64,000 nucleotides of DNA from an uncultured Acidobacteriota bacterium (GTDB lineage: Bacteria > Acidobacteriota > Terriglobia > Terriglobales > Acidobacteriaceae). The position numbers and the translations under genes were made by a program. Under the pieces are notes generated by a model. That model was not told the origin of the DNA. It saw nothing but the letters and a program-made list of their open reading frames with translations, and did no database searches. The DNA is taken from assembly GCA_963699385.1 (NCBI GenBank), contig CAVOTQ010000017.1, forward strand, positions 37,277-101,276. Direction: 5' to 3'. Each line of letters starts with the position of its first letter. The stretch's first letter is position 1. Shown one piece after another: positions 1 to 14,278 of the stretch.

Positions 1-1084
1 GGAGGGAGGCCCCATTGTTCTATGTTCCGACGACCGAACCGTCCAATATGAATCGGAAAGACCCGGTCGATTTGAGCGGGGAGTTCAGCGACCTTCATCT
101 AAAGGCGGACAGGATCGTCGCAACTGCGAATGAGCGTCGACTCTCCCTCAGAGGTTTACAGCATTGAATATCGACTCGATCCGACGACAGCGAATGCGGA
201 CAGCCCGACCTTTAGGCCTCTTCTTCAGCAAATCACCCATCTCAACGACGAGCTGCTCGCCCAACTCGATCTACCGAAGATGGAATCTTTCTGGTTCACG
301 GCTGCGGACAAGACGAAGCTCGAGGGATTCATCATTCGGCCGCCGGGGTTCGATGCGGCGAAGAAGTATCCGGTGAAGTTTTTGATTCATGGCGGGCCGC
401 AGGGGGCCTGGGGTGACGATTGGAGCTATCGGTGGAATGCGGAGCTGTTTGCGGCGAATGGATACGTCGTGATCATGATCAATCCGCGCGGGTCGACGGG
501 GTATGGGCAGGCGATTGTGGATGGCGTGAATGGCGACTGGGGCGGGAAGCCGTTTACCGACCTGATGGAGGGACTGGATTACGCGGAGCAGCATTATCCG
601 TTTATCGATAAGGACCGCGAGTGCGCGCTGGGCGCGAGCTACGGCGGATACATGGCGAACTGGGTGCTGGGGCATACCAACCGCTTCAAGTGCATTGTGA
701 GCCACGACGGGATGTTCGACGCGGAGTCGGCGTTTGGATCGACGGAAGAGGACTGGTTCAACATCTGGGAGTTCAAGGGGCATCCTTGGGACTACTACGG
801 CAAGCCGGATAGCGGAGAATCCCTTCCGCAAATGGTCGCCGTCGCTCTATGCGAAGAACTTCAAGACGCCGACGCTGGTGGTGCATGGGCAGCTTGATTA
901 CCGGCTCGATGTGAGCGAGGGGTTCCAGTTGTTCGACACGCTGCAGATGCTGGGTGTGCCGTCGAAGATGCTGTACTTCCCGGATGAGGGGCATTGGGTG
1001 CTGAAGCCGCAGAACTCGCAGCTCTGGTGGAAGACGGTGAATGACTGGGTGGATGAGTGGACGGGGCCAGCTTCTAGCCGCTAG
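1..1084 (+). CDS. S9 family prolyl oligopeptidase/dipeptidyl aminopeptidase, 5' partial, frameshifted near 129 and 812
   Basis: IHGGPQ, NPRGSTGYG, nucleophile GASYGGY in ORF 130..897; HGQLDYR and FPDEGHW (Asp/His of the triad) continue in ORF 734..1084. Confidence 0.9.
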
Positions 1085-1101
1085 CTTCTAGCTGCTAGCT
1101 T
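1068..1101. repeat. Degenerate heptamer tandem repeat (TAGCTTC-like) over the stop codon
   Basis: cagcttc tagccgc tagcttc tagctgc tagctt. Confidence 0.7.
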
Positions 1102-1161
1102 GTCTGTGCGGGCGCGGAATGTTGCGGGCTGCTTCTGGGCGGGGGTTTGGGTTTTGTTCGA

Positions 1162-1205
1162 TCCCACCCATTCTGCGATGAGACTGCCGAATGGATGGGG
1201 CACGG
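1162..1205. repeat. REP-like palindrome, family A (CCCACCC...GGATGGGGCAC)
   Basis: Related copies at 2287-2322, 6282-6340, 10298-10416 (x2), 10757-10800, 34844-34884, 34981-35024, 37572-37604, 46707-46747, 49925-49967, 51696-51735. Confidence 0.85.
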
Positions 1206-1240
1206 GGCTTTCGTGTGGCGTGAAGGTCGCAAGAACAGTT

Positions 1241-1290
1241 GCAGGTTCTTCGACTCGTCCTCGCCTTGCGAGGACTCGCTGAGGATGACA
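1241..1290. repeat. REP-like palindrome, family C (CAGGTCCTTCGACT...GCTCAGGATGACA)
   Basis: Related copies at 39261-39332 and 56047-56094; TGTCATC/GATGACA-bounded unit at 39994-40102. Confidence 0.8.
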
Positions 1291-1341
1291 GTTTTGCGGT
1301 GATGCGAACTGCTTAATTAGTCCGCTAGGGACGAAGGCTCG

Positions 1342-1905
1342 ATGACATTTGCGCGAAAGGCCGGGAAGAAGAAGGCACCGCTGAATGAAGCGGGGCTGTA
1401 CGAGTATGCCGTGAGGGCGCTGGGGCGGCGGATGCGGACTGAAGTGGAATTGCGGCGGCTGATGACGACGCGGGCGGAGCCGGGAGAGGCGGGCGAGGCG
1501 GCGGTGCGGGGGGTTGTGGGGCGGCTGAAGGAGCATGGGTATCTCAACGATCAGAAGTTTGCGGAAACTTATGCGCGACTGCGGCAGGAGAATGAGAAGC
1601 TGGGGGCGCGGAGGGTGCGCAACGATTTGCAGCGGAAGGGCGTTCGCGCTGAGGTGATTGAAGAGGCCGTGGGCGCGCGCTACGGCGAGACCAACGAGGA
1701 GACGCTGGCGCGGGAACACCTGGAGCGGAAGCGGATCAAGAAGCCGACGAATGAGAAAGAAACGGCACGCGTGGTGCGGCGGCTGGTGGCGGCGGGATTC
1801 GCGACCGGGACGATCTACAAGATTCTGCGGCGGTGGGATGTGCCGGAGGAAGATCTGGCGGCCCTCGAAAATATCGAGACCGATGAAACAGGCAGCTCTC
1901 AATAA
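1342..1905 (+). CDS. recX: Regulatory protein RecX
   Basis: YAVRALGRRMRTEVELRR, GYLNDQKFAE, LGARRVRNDLQRKGV, RRLVAAGF motifs; lies near alaS. Confidence 0.88.
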   Translation: MTFARKAGKKKAPLNEAGLYEYAVRALGRRMRTEVELRRLMTTRAEPGEAGEAAVRGVVGRLKEHGYLNDQKFAETYARLRQENEKLGARRVRNDLQRKGVRAEVIEEAVGARYGETNEETLAREHLERKRIKKPTNEKETARVVRRLVAAGFATGTIYKILRRWDVPEEDLAALENIETDETGSSQ

Positions 1906-1911
1906 AGGCCG

Positions 1912-2208
1912 TCAGGCTTTTGAAGCAAGGATTTCCACCATTTCCAGCTGCGGTGCCTTGGCCAGCAACTCGCTGGCTTTCGCCATCAGAGCCTTGGCAA
2001 TTGGACCCGAAAGGTGTGCCTGGCGTCCGGCCTCGTTTGGAAAAGTATCGAAGATACCAAACCTCGCGGGTCCCAGTTTCAGGGCGTACCAGGTCGTGGT
2101 CGCGGGTTCTGCAGCCGCCAACGGTTGAGCCGACTTCAAGAATGCCTCTAGTTCCTGTTCTTTTCCGGGTTTAGCCTCAAGCAAGGCCAGGATCGCGCGG
2201 GTATCCAT
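1912..2208 (-). CDS. Antibiotic biosynthesis monooxygenase (ABM) family protein
   Basis: LEAKPGKEQELEAFL...WYAL...FGIFDTFPNEAGRQAHLSG; GGAGG RBS. Confidence 0.85.
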   Translation of the reverse strand: MDTRAILALLEAKPGKEQELEAFLKSAQPLAAAEPATTTWYALKLGPARFGIFDTFPNEAGRQAHLSGPIAKALMAKASELLAKAPQLEMVEILASKA

Positions 2209-2251
2209 TGCATCCTCCGACTACATCTTCGATCGATCTCTGATCCTTTAG

Positions 2252-5133
<2,882 letters not shown>

Positions 5134-5142
5134 TCTTTCCCC

Positions 5143-6252
5143 ATGGCGAGGTTCGACGAGGATCCTGCGAAGATTGCGGCATTGCGCTTGCGGCTGCTGG
5201 AGTGGTACGGGCGGAATCGGCGCGATTTGCCGTGGCGGCAGAGTTCAGATCCTTACGCAATCTGGGTTTCGGAGATCATGCTGCAGCAGACGCGGGTGGC
5301 GGTGGTCGTGGAGCGCTACCAGGAATTCATGGAGCGGTTTCCGACGCTGATCTCGCTGGCGCTGGCTCCGGAGCAGGATGTGCTGGCGCTGTGGAGCGGG
5401 CTGGGCTACTACCGGCGGGCGCGCATGCTGCACAAGGCAGCACAGTTTGTGGCTTCGAACCTGGGAGGGAATTTGCCGGCGCGGGCGGAGGAGTTGCGCG
5501 TGTTGCCGGGGATTGGCGCGTATACCGCGGCGGCGGTGGCGAGCATTGCGCACGGCGAGCCGGTGGCCGTGGTGGATGGCAACGTGGAGCGCGTGCTTTG
5601 CCGGCTGGCGGGCTGGGACGCGGGCAGCCGCAAGGGCGGCGGGGCAGCGCTGCGGCGCAAGATTCAGGATCTGGCGGGGCGGCTGCTCGATCGCGCGCGG
5701 CCGGGCGACTTTAATCAGGCCATGATGGAGCTGGGCGCGACGGTTTGCACGCCGCGCAATCCGCAATGCGCGGTGTGCCCGCTGACGGCGGATTGCAAGA
5801 CGCAAGGCGAGCACAAGACGCCGCGGCGGGCGCCGATGATCAGCCGCGCCGTGGGCTACGCGCTTTCGGTGCGGACAGAATCTGCAGCGGGAAAGCGGCG
5901 CGGGCCAGGTGGGCGCGAGGTGCTGCTGGAACAGCGGTCCGCGTAGCAGACGGTGATGCCGGGCATGTGGGAACTGCCGATGCTGATCCGCTGCCGATGT
6001 GCCGGAGAAGGACTGCGCATGACCGTGCGCCACGCGATTATGCAGGTGAATTACTACGTGCGTGTGCGGACGGTGTTCGAGGACGATATCGAGGGGATGA
6101 CGGTCGCGGCGGGCGAGCGGCGCTGGGTGCCGCTGCGCGAAGCGGCGAGGATGGCGCTGACGGGACTGGCGCGCAAGGTGCTGACGCGCGCGCATTTGCT
6201 GCCGGCTGCGCCGCTGGATAGCTTTGCGCGGACGGAGAGAGACGGGCAGTGA
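5143..6252 (+). CDS. mutY: A/G-specific adenine glycosylase, with in-frame TAG at 5944-5946
   Basis: RDLPWR, VSEIMLQQT, WSGLGYYRRAR, HhH LPGIGAYTA, VDGNVERV, Fe-S motif CTPRNPQCAVCPLTADC; GMWELP continues in the same frame after the TAG. Confidence 0.93.
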
Positions 6253-6281
6253 AACGAAACCGGTGGTTTAGGTTCGTGCTT

Positions 6282-6397
6282 TCCCACCGTTTCAAAACGA
6301 GAGTGGGGCACCCTGTTCGTGATTGAAAAGGATGGGGCACGCTCGAACGCGGACGGGGAGCGTCCGCGTTACAGCCGGCCGGGAGGCCGGCGCTACT
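6282..6397. repeat. Composite REP cluster (family A plus two family B units)
   Basis: ttcccacc...ggggcac twice, then gcggacggggagcgtccgcgttaca gccggccgggaggccggcgctact. Confidence 0.8.
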
Positions 6398-6620
6398 GGG
6401 CGATTTTAGTCACGCTGGGATGTATTTAAACCAAGCATTTACGTGAATTCTGTTGACAATTGATGTGCGCGACTTAGATTGTTGGCAAGACTCAAGATTC
6501 TCCAATCGTATGTCTTCGCGAAGGCGCGCCCCAAACCCGCTTATGAACGGTGACATTCAGCGCAGCCACGCAGTTGCGCGTGCGACGAGGAGCCCAATCT
6601 TGACCCGAGGAGAAATCTCG

Positions 6621-9600
6621 ATGCGTCGCTTTATTCTTTGCTTGTTTCTAGCAGTTCTGGCGGCCAGTGCCAGGGCGCAATTCGATACGGCAACTGTTCT
6701 TGGCACCGTGACCGATCCCAGCGGGGCAGTGGTTGCGCGCGGCAATGTTGTCTTGCACAACATGGCAACGGCAGTGGAGCAGACGGCAGTAACGGACGAT
6801 CGGGGAGAGTTCCGATTCGTGGACGTCTCGATCGGCTCCTATGAGCTGAAAGTGACGGCACAGGGTTTTCAAGGGGCCGCAGCAACGTTCGAACTGACCG
6901 TGGGCGCGAGCCAGCGCGTGGATGTGCAACTGAAAGTGGCCACGGTGGCCAGCTCGGTGACGACTACGGCGGAGGCGACGCAGTTGGAGACCGAATCGAG
7001 CGAGCGCGGCCAGGTGGTGGCCGCGCGGGAGATCGCTGAGCTGCCCCTGAACGGGCGCGAATACTCGCAGTTGGTGGAGCTGACGGCGGGCGTGGTTCCC
7101 AGTCCAGCGAGCTGGGCACGAACTACACGCAACGCGAGGGGTCGTTCAATATCAACGGCCTGCGCAGCGTTTACAACAACTATCTACTGGACGGGCTGGA
7201 TAACAATTTTTACGGCACCTCAAACCAGGGATTCTCAGACCAGGTGGTGCAGTTGTCGCCGGATGCAGTGGCAGAGTTCCAGGTGGTGACCAACAATATG
7301 AGCGCGGAGTATGGCCGCGCAGGCGGAGCCACCATCAACGTGGTCACGCGCTTTGGCACTAATCAACTGCACGGAAGGTTGTGGGAGTTCAATCGCAACA
7401 CGGATATGAATGCGGCTGGATTCTTTCTGCCCAGCAACGGCGGCAAACCGGCCCTGCACCAGAACCAGTTTGGCGCCACGCTGGGCGGTCCAATCAAGAA
7501 GGACAAGTTGTTCTTCTTCATCGACTACGAGGGTTTTCGGCAATCGAGCTCCTCGACGCAAACTTCTACGCTGCCGACATGCAATGAGCGCGGCCTGGTC
7601 AGTCCGACGACTGCGGGCGGGGCGTGCGGGGGATCGCTGACTGGGACTTCAGGTCAGTATTACCTGATCGACGATCCCGGCGACCCGAATAACTCAAAGG
7701 GGTATCTGCCCATCGATAACCCGTGTCCCTATGCGGGCCCGAACGGCGGCCCGAACGCCAATCCGAACCCGTGCAACACGACGCACCGAATTTGCCGCGG
7801 GCCTGTTGACCTCTTTGGGCGGCGTCGGCGGCAAGGAATACCCAACCGGCCAGATTCCCGCGTCGGCGGTCATCAACTACGCGGCGACGCTGATGGAAGG
7901 CAAGGACGCTAACGGGAATTTGTATCTGTCCGCCGAACACCAACAGCAACCCGACCAATAACTACATCATTCTCGATCCGAACAGCTTCAATCGCGACAA
8001 GGGCGACGCGAAGGTGGACTATGACATGAGCAAGAGCCTGCATTTGTTTGCGCGCTACTCGCAAGCCAGGTTCGACGCCTTCGATCCGGGATCGATTGCG
8101 GGGACGGCGGGCGCGAACGGCGACGGCCACGTGTATGCGCCGATGATGCAGATCGTGGGCGGCGCCACATGGACCATCAGCCCGGTCTCAGTGTTCGAGG
8201 CTCGTTTCGGTTTTTCGAAGATGAAGGCGGGCAAGACGCCTCCGCTGGCGGGCGGACCCAGCATGTTGCAGATGTTCGGCATAACCGGGCTGCCAACCGA
8301 CCCGCAATACACCGGTGGCGTGACCTACGAGTATTTTGTGGATGGCGGATTCACCAGCCTGGGCCGCTTGTTTACCAGTCCGCAATACCAAAATCCCACC
8401 ACATGGAATCCCAAGGTGAATTACACCCGCCTGCTGCCGGGCCAGACTCTCAAGGCCGGCTTTGAGTACCAGAATCTGCATGTGGCGCAACAGGATTTGC
8501 ATCCAGTGATGGGCGGTGACGCCTACGATGCGCAGATGAGCGGCTACTGCTACGACAATTACTACACCGTTTTCTACGCTCCTGGTGTGCCTCTCTGCGC
8601 GGTTGTGGGCGATCCTGCTCCCACGGTCTTGAATCCCGTTGACGCTCAAACCAACAAGCAGTTCGACTACGCCGACTTCCTGCTGGGCTACCGCACGGAG
8701 ATGGGACTGACCAGTCCGACGATTGCCAACATCCGCGATTGGGGATGGTCCGGCTATGTGCAGGACGACTGGAAAGTGAACCAGAAACTGACGATCAACA
8801 TGGGATTGCGCTACGAGTACTACACCCCGATTTACGAGGCCAACAACCAGCTCTCGAACTTCAATCCCGCTACCAGCACCATGATCCTGGCCAGCTCCAG
8901 CAACCGCTATACGGTCAATCCAAATAAAAAGGACTTCGCTCCCCGATTCGGCGCGGCGTTCAGCATCGATAGCAAAACTGTGCTGCGCGGCGGCTACGGC
9001 ATCAGTTACTCGCATTGGAACCGCACCGGGTCAAGCTATCTAACTCTGAACGCGCCCTTCGGCATTGACGCGCTGCAGTTCGTTTATCCCAGTTATCCCG
9101 CCAGCGCCGCGACAGGAAGCTACGGCTATCTCAACACCGAGTCCAGCTTCCCGACGAATATGGCGAATCCCGCGACCTGGACGATCGCCGACGCCTCGAA
9201 CGCGGCGTTGCAATATATGCCGAATAGCTCGCCCGATACGCAGGTGCGGAGCTGGTTCCTGGACGTGCAGCGCGATCTGGGCCACAGTTTGCTGTTAGAT
9301 GTTGCGTACGTTGGCAATAACGGCATCAATGAGGTGTTCTTCAACGACATCAATCAGGCCAACCCGCAGACAACATCTACCGGTTCGGCCACGCTGCAGT
9401 CGCGCGTCTTCAGCTATCCCGGCTTCGGTTCGATCATCGGCACACTGCCCTGGGGTTATTCAAACTACAACGGGTTGCAAGCCAAGGTGGAGAAGCGGTT
9501 TTCTCAAGGGTTGTATTTGCTGAATTCGTTCACCTGGTCGAAGGCCATCGACATTGCTGCGCAATCGCTCGATGGCGGCGGAAACTGCAACAACTGCGGC

Positions 9601-10260
9601 AACGGCATTCCGTCGGTGCAGAACGTGTACAACTGGCAGGCCGATCGCGGCATTTCCGCGTACAACCATCCATTTGTAAATACGACAGCCATGGTGTGGA
9701 CGTTGCCCATGGGCAGGGGACAATGGCTGCTGCCCAACCTGGGCCCGGTGGGGAACGCGATTCTGGGCGGATGGCAGTTGACCAACATTTTCCAGGCGCG
9801 CAGCGGCGATCCGTTGACGATGGCCTATAGCCCCAACAACAACACGGAGGTTTCGTCGCTGATCACCATCAGCGGCCGCAATGCCTACCGGCCTAACCTG
9901 GTGCCGGGAGTTGCGATTATGAATTCAACCCGGGCTTACAACACGGCCGTTAGCGGCATTCAATACCTGAATAACAGCAACACTGCTCCGGCCTACACGA
10001 CACCGCCGGCAAATGCGCCGTTTGGTAACTCGCCGCGCGACGGCGTACGCGGCTTCGCTTTCTGGCAACTGGATACGGGCCTGACCAAGGATTTCCCAAT
10101 CACTCATGAGGCAACGTTCCAGCTTCGGGGCGAGGCTTTTAACATCACCAACGAAACGAACTTCGGCGATCCGAACACGTCTCTTGGAGGCACCTTCGGC
10201 GTCGTCAACTCGGCGCTTCCCGCGCGTGAGCTGCAGGTGGCCGGGAAGATTATTTTTTGA
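6621..10260 (+). CDS. TonB-dependent receptor with carboxypeptidase-regulatory-like N-domain (Oar type), frameshifted near 7110, 7790, 7930
   Basis: Signal peptide, [58 protein letters not shown]-terminal Phe; GAGGAG RBS. Confidence 0.9.
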
Positions 10261-10297
10261 GTCTCGGACCGCGTGCATTCGCATTATTGGGGTGCGT

Positions 10298-10416
10298 GTT
10301 ATCCCACCCTTTTCCGCAAAAAGCGCGGAAAAGGATGGGGCACGGAGGGTTTGTTCGGGTTATCCCACCCTCTTCCGCAAGAAACGCGGAAAAGGATGGG
10401 GCACGGAGGGTTTGTT
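10298..10416. repeat. Tandem pair of family A REP-like palindromes (~61-bp period)
   Basis: gttatcccaccc...ccgcaa...gcggaaaaggatggggcacggagggtttgtt twice. Confidence 0.9.
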
Positions 10417-10444
10417 TTCCATCGGCTCGAAAACCAGATCTTTA

Positions 10445-10576
10445 TCAGTAATAGTCTGCGCAGCTGAGGTAGTAGCCGCAGTGGGTGCAGACGAGTTTGC
10501 AGTGGTGGCCGGTGAGGCGATGACTGCAGGTGGGACAGATCTGGCAGTGGTGGTCGATGCCAGCATCGGCAGGCAC
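10445..10576 (-). CDS. Small zinc-ribbon protein (CPxC...CxxCG; HVO_2523-like)
   Basis: CQICPTCSHRLTGHHCKLVCTHCGYYLSCADYY; start GTG 10576 or ATG 10651 uncertain. Confidence 0.7.
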   Translation of the reverse strand: MPADAGIDHHCQICPTCSHRLTGHHCKLVCTHCGYYLSCADYY

Positions 10577-10919
10577 ACCACTTTGTGAGATTTCCGGTGG
10601 GGAACCGGCGGGAAAGTCGGAATTCAGGATGCGGGGTCGCTCCGGCAACATGGCGGACAGATTAACATAAAGGTGAAGCTGCCTGCGCGATGCGGTACGA
10701 GCAGGCGCTCGAGAGTTTGAGGCAGTTCCAGGATCGATCTACCCTGGCTTTTGCTTTCCCACCCATTTCCGCAAAAGACGCGGAAATGGATGGGGCACGG
10801 ATGCAATATTTAAGGGCCGGATCAAACAGCAGCAAGAACGGCGCCCCGGTGTTTCCCGAAGAACACGCGCCGGAACCCCAACACAACCACTGGATTCTTG
10901 AATCCCCCAAGGAGGGACT

Positions 10920-11351
10920 ATGGCAAGCAAGGCAAGTGCGGTTTGGACAGGATCACTGAAGGAAGGCAAGGGCACGATTTCCACGGCGACGGGCGTGCTA
11001 AAGGATGCCAACTATTCGTTCGCCACGCGGTTTGAGGGCGCCACCAGCGGCACCACGCCGGAGGAACTGATTGCGGCGGCGCACGCGAGCTGCTTCTCAA
11101 TGGCATTGGGCGCACAGCTGGGCGGCGCAGGACTGACGCCCAAGAGCATCGAAACCGAGGCGGCAGTGACCCTGGCCAAGGTGGATGGTGGTTTTGCGAT
11201 CACGAAGATTGCGTTGAACACGACGGCCAACGTTCCCGGCGCCACCAAGGAAGTTTTCGACAAGGCGGCTGCGGACGCCAAGGCGGGCTGCCCGATCTCG
11301 AAACTGTTTGCCAATAACACGGAGATCACGCTCGACGCGAAATTGGTATAG
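10920..11351 (+). CDS. osmC: OsmC family peroxiredoxin
   Basis: AVWTGSLKEGKG, YSFATRFE, TTPEELIAAAHASCFSMAL, AKAGCPISK; AGGAGG RBS. Confidence 0.93.
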   Translation: MASKASAVWTGSLKEGKGTISTATGVLKDANYSFATRFEGATSGTTPEELIAAAHASCFSMALGAQLGGAGLTPKSIETEAAVTLAKVDGGFAITKIALNTTANVPGATKEVFDKAAADAKAGCPISKLFANNTEITLDAKLV

Positions 11352-11510
11352 GAACGGGGCTGGCGTAGCGCGAACCGGATGAAGAGGCCGGGGCGAAAGG
11401 CCCCGGTCGCAACTCGTTGAATGCGCGGGCGGAATTTGACACTACGTTCCGCATTTGCGAGACTCAGAGTTGCTGCCTGCTCGGCATGTCCTGCCTGAGC
11501 GGTCTCCCGT

Positions 11511-11597
11511 GCCGAAGTGGCGGAATTGGCAGACGCGCGTGGTTCAGGTCCACGTACTCGCAAGGGTGTGGGGGTTCGAGTCCCTTCTTCGGCACCA
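11511..11597 (+). tRNA. tRNA-Leu (anticodon CAG), 87 nt, encoded CCA
   Basis: Acceptor stem gccgaag/cttcggc, anticodon arm cgtgg-ttCAGgt-ccacg, long variable arm, GGTTCGAGTCC T-arm. Confidence 0.97.
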
Positions 11598-11784
11598 AAA
11601 AATTTCAAGTTGATTAGAATGAGCCGCCTTCGGGTGGCCCTAGTCGTTTAGTTAGGTTTTAGTTAGGTGGATGGCTGCAATTCCTGAAAAATGCCCCCGG
11701 CTGGCTGGGTTTTGCCGCGTCGCACCGCGGTAGAGACTTCAGGCATACATACATGAGCGCGCCCAGGAATCTCATGCTCTTCTC

Positions 11785-12690
11785 TTGACAGATGGCCCCC
11801 CATCAACAAACCATGAACAATACGTGAGAGTTCCGAAAGAGAGCATGAACATGTTCAAACTCCAGTGCGCGCGGATGCGACGTGCAGCAGGCCCCGTTCT
11901 TGCCGTTTTCCTGGCGGCAACCTTACACGCCCAAACCTCAATCGCGGGACAGTCCAGCTCGGCTGCGATCGACGCACTTCTGGCCAAGGCCGGAACGATG
12001 TACTACTCGACCACGAAGGCAGGCCTGACCGGCTTCGACTGCGCTGTCCATCCAGATTGGCACACTTTGATTGCGAGCGCCGATCCGGGCACGGCCGTCA
12101 GCGACAGCGACAGCCGGGTGACGCTGCTGAACGGGGTGGCGATTACGCTGCACGCGCGCCTGAAGGGTGGTTCCACGCTGGATTGGACCCCGGCTGCGGG
12201 TAGCGCCACCGACGCGGATTCCACCTCCGTGCTGACCCAGGGGCACCAGAACACTGACCAGACACTGCTGGGCTTTCTGGGGATATGGACGAGGTTTATG
12301 GATGGCTCTTTCGTGCCCGCCAATTCTTCGGGATTTGACGTGACACAAGGGCCGTCCACATTCACGCTGCATCAAGGATCGAACGGGTGGGAAGTGACGG
12401 AGGTATTCTCCAGCGATCTTCTGCTCGAAGAGTCCGATTTGATTACAGGCGGCATTTCGATGAAGCTCGAGCCCACTTACAAGGCCACGGCACAAGGGTT
12501 GCTGGTGGAGCGCTTCGTGGAGCACATACAGCAAATGGGCAATCCGCCTGGCCCGGTGCAGGAAGCGCAAGCGGGCGTCGAGTACCAGACGATCGCGGGG
12601 TTCCCGATCCCGCGGCAGCTGAATTACAAAGAGGGGGGCACCACGATGTTCAACATGTCCCTGGACGGCTGCACGGTCGTCCGCCAGTAG
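11785..12690 (+). CDS. Secreted hypothetical protein (start may be 11830 or 11876)
   Basis: Signal-peptide-like LAVFLAATLHAQ; 301-codon ORF followed by a terminator-like hairpin. Confidence 0.7.
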   Translation: MTDGPPSTNHEQYVRVPKESMNMFKLQCARMRRAAGPVLAVFLAATLHAQTSIAGQSSSAAIDALLAKAGTMYYSTTKAGLTGFDCAVHPDWHTLIASADPGTAVSDSDSRVTLLNGVAITLHARLKGGSTLDWTPAAGSATDADSTSVLTQGHQNTDQTLLGFLGIWTRFMDGSFVPANSSGFDVTQGPSTFTLHQGSNGWEVTEVFSSDLLLEESDLITGGISMKLEPTYKATAQGLLVERFVEHIQQMGNPPGPVQEAQAGVEYQTIAGFPIPRQLNYKEGGTTMFNMSLDGCTVVRQ

Positions 12691-12736
12691 TAGCAGAAAC
12701 CTGCGGCAAGGCCAAATTACTACCGTTAAAATAATG

Positions 12737-12764
12737 CGGCCCCGTTTAGGCGGGGCCGTTTTTG
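12737..12764 (+). terminator. Intrinsic terminator
   Basis: gcggccccg-tttagg-cggggccgt followed by a T-run. Confidence 0.65.
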
Positions 12765-12894
12765 CATCATTTAGAGCGGAACCAGAGTAAGTGCGCCCTT
12801 GCGTTCAGTCGTGAAAGGTAGCTTTTTCTTGTGGAAAAAGCCACTCAGCTGACGTGCTTTCGGGGTACATCTACTCTGGTTCCGCTGTAGCCGA

Positions 12895-13708
12895 CGAGCC
12901 GCCGCCGCTCGCGCCCGTCGCGTCGATGAATCGGCTTCGATAGCCATCTTCGAGCGGGGCCCGTATATTTCTTTTGCCAATTGCGGCTTGCCCTACCACA
13001 TCGCCGGCGAGATTCAGGACCGCTCCAAACTCCTGATCATGACGCGGAACCTCCATCGTCCGTGTCCTGCACATGACCGCTGCATTTACTGGCCTCAACA
13101 GCGCGCAGGCTGCCAAAGCCGGATTCAGTTTCTTCTCGAGCGTCACCATCGATCCCAACCATGCAGGCTACTATCCCGGCTCAAGGCCGATGCGGATCAA
13201 GATTCTCGCCGAAGACGGAACGGGACGTCTGCTAGGTGCGCAAATTGTGGGTGAGGACGGTGTCGACAAGCGCATCGATGTCTTTGCCACTGCCATCGCC
13301 GGTAAAATGACCGTTTTCGATCTTGAGAGCCTCGACCTGGCCTATGCGCCACCGTTCGGCTCGGCCAACGATCCCGTCAACACTGCGGGATTCGTTGCCG
13401 ATCACATTGTGCGTGGCGATGTGGTGACCATCTCACCCGAGGATTGGAAGCCGAATGGAGAGTTCCTTCTCGATGTTCGCGAAAACAGCGAAGTGGCCGA
13501 TTCTGGCATTCTCCCGAACGCCGTGCATATTCCACTGGGTGAACTCCGCGACCGCCTCGGCGAGTTGCCGCATGATCGCAGAATTCTCGTCTATTGCCAA
13601 AAGGGTCAGCGCGGCTATCTCGCCGCCTGCGCGCTACAGGGAAGCGGCTTTGAAGGTGTCACGAATCTCCGCGGCGGCCTTGCAGAAGCCAAGCTCAACG
13701 GATTCTGA
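12895..13708 (+). pseudogene. CoA-disulfide reductase/NADH oxidase-rhodanese remnant with large internal deletion
   Basis: AAAARARRVDES...FERGPYISFANCGLPYHIAG joined at ~13046 to GTSIVRV...HAGYYPG...LGAQIVG...GVDKRID...YAPPFGSA and a rhodanese domain (YCQKGQRG); NAD-binding core missing. Confidence 0.85.
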
Positions 13709-13858
13709 TTCCTGCACGGCGACCGAGCTGCCAAACCGGGCTTCGCTTCAGCCAAAATGTGCAGGCCGCAGTTTTCCCGCTCGACTCCTTCAATCGAATC
13801 CCCGGTCGTCAACCGGAGATCCACAGGGCTTCAATCGAGACTTGATCTCCGGCACGAG

Positions 13859-14254
13859 CTACTCGCCTGCCTTGACTGCCAGCGTCTCCACCACTGCAAT
13901 GTTCTTGAGCAGATCCAGCGGGACGCTGTGCCGCTCCATTAAGTAAGCTGGACTGTTGTAGGAAATCCAGACTTTTCCCTGGCTATCTTCCCGGACCAGA
14001 ATTTTGAGCGGGAGATCGATGGCGACACTGGGAGCGGCCAGCATGACCGGAGTCCCCATCTTGGGACTCCCAAAGATCAACAGCTTGGTAGGAGGCATTT
14101 TCATGCCGAGTTTTTCTGCCTCTCCGCTGTGGTCGACAAGCGCGAAAAGTTTGACTTGTTTCGCCTCCAGTATCCCTTTGAGCCTTTCGACCGTCTGGTC
14201 TACCGAGTGATTGCTGGATAAGTCGATGATCCCGTTGCCGCTGCTCAGCGTCAT
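13859..14254 (-). CDS. DUF302 domain protein
   Basis: SVDQTVERL...FALVDHSGEA...LLIFGSPKMGTPVM...AIDLPLKILVRED. Confidence 0.88.
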   Translation of the reverse strand: MTLSSGNGIIDLSSNHSVDQTVERLKGILEAKQVKLFALVDHSGEAEKLGMKMPPTKLLIFGSPKMGTPVMLAAPSVAIDLPLKILVREDSQGKVWISYNSPAYLMERHSVPLDLLKNIAVVETLAVKAGE

Positions 14255-14278
14255 GTTGGCCTCCTCTCCGGACTCGGA

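Noticed and set aside
10298-10416. Possible CRISPR array
   Set aside because: Only two long palindromic units without unique spacers, matching dispersed REP family A; no cas genes
11012-11617. ORFs 11012..11608 (-) and 11417..11617 (+)
   Set aside because: Overlap tRNA-Leu (the former also osmC antisense); spurious
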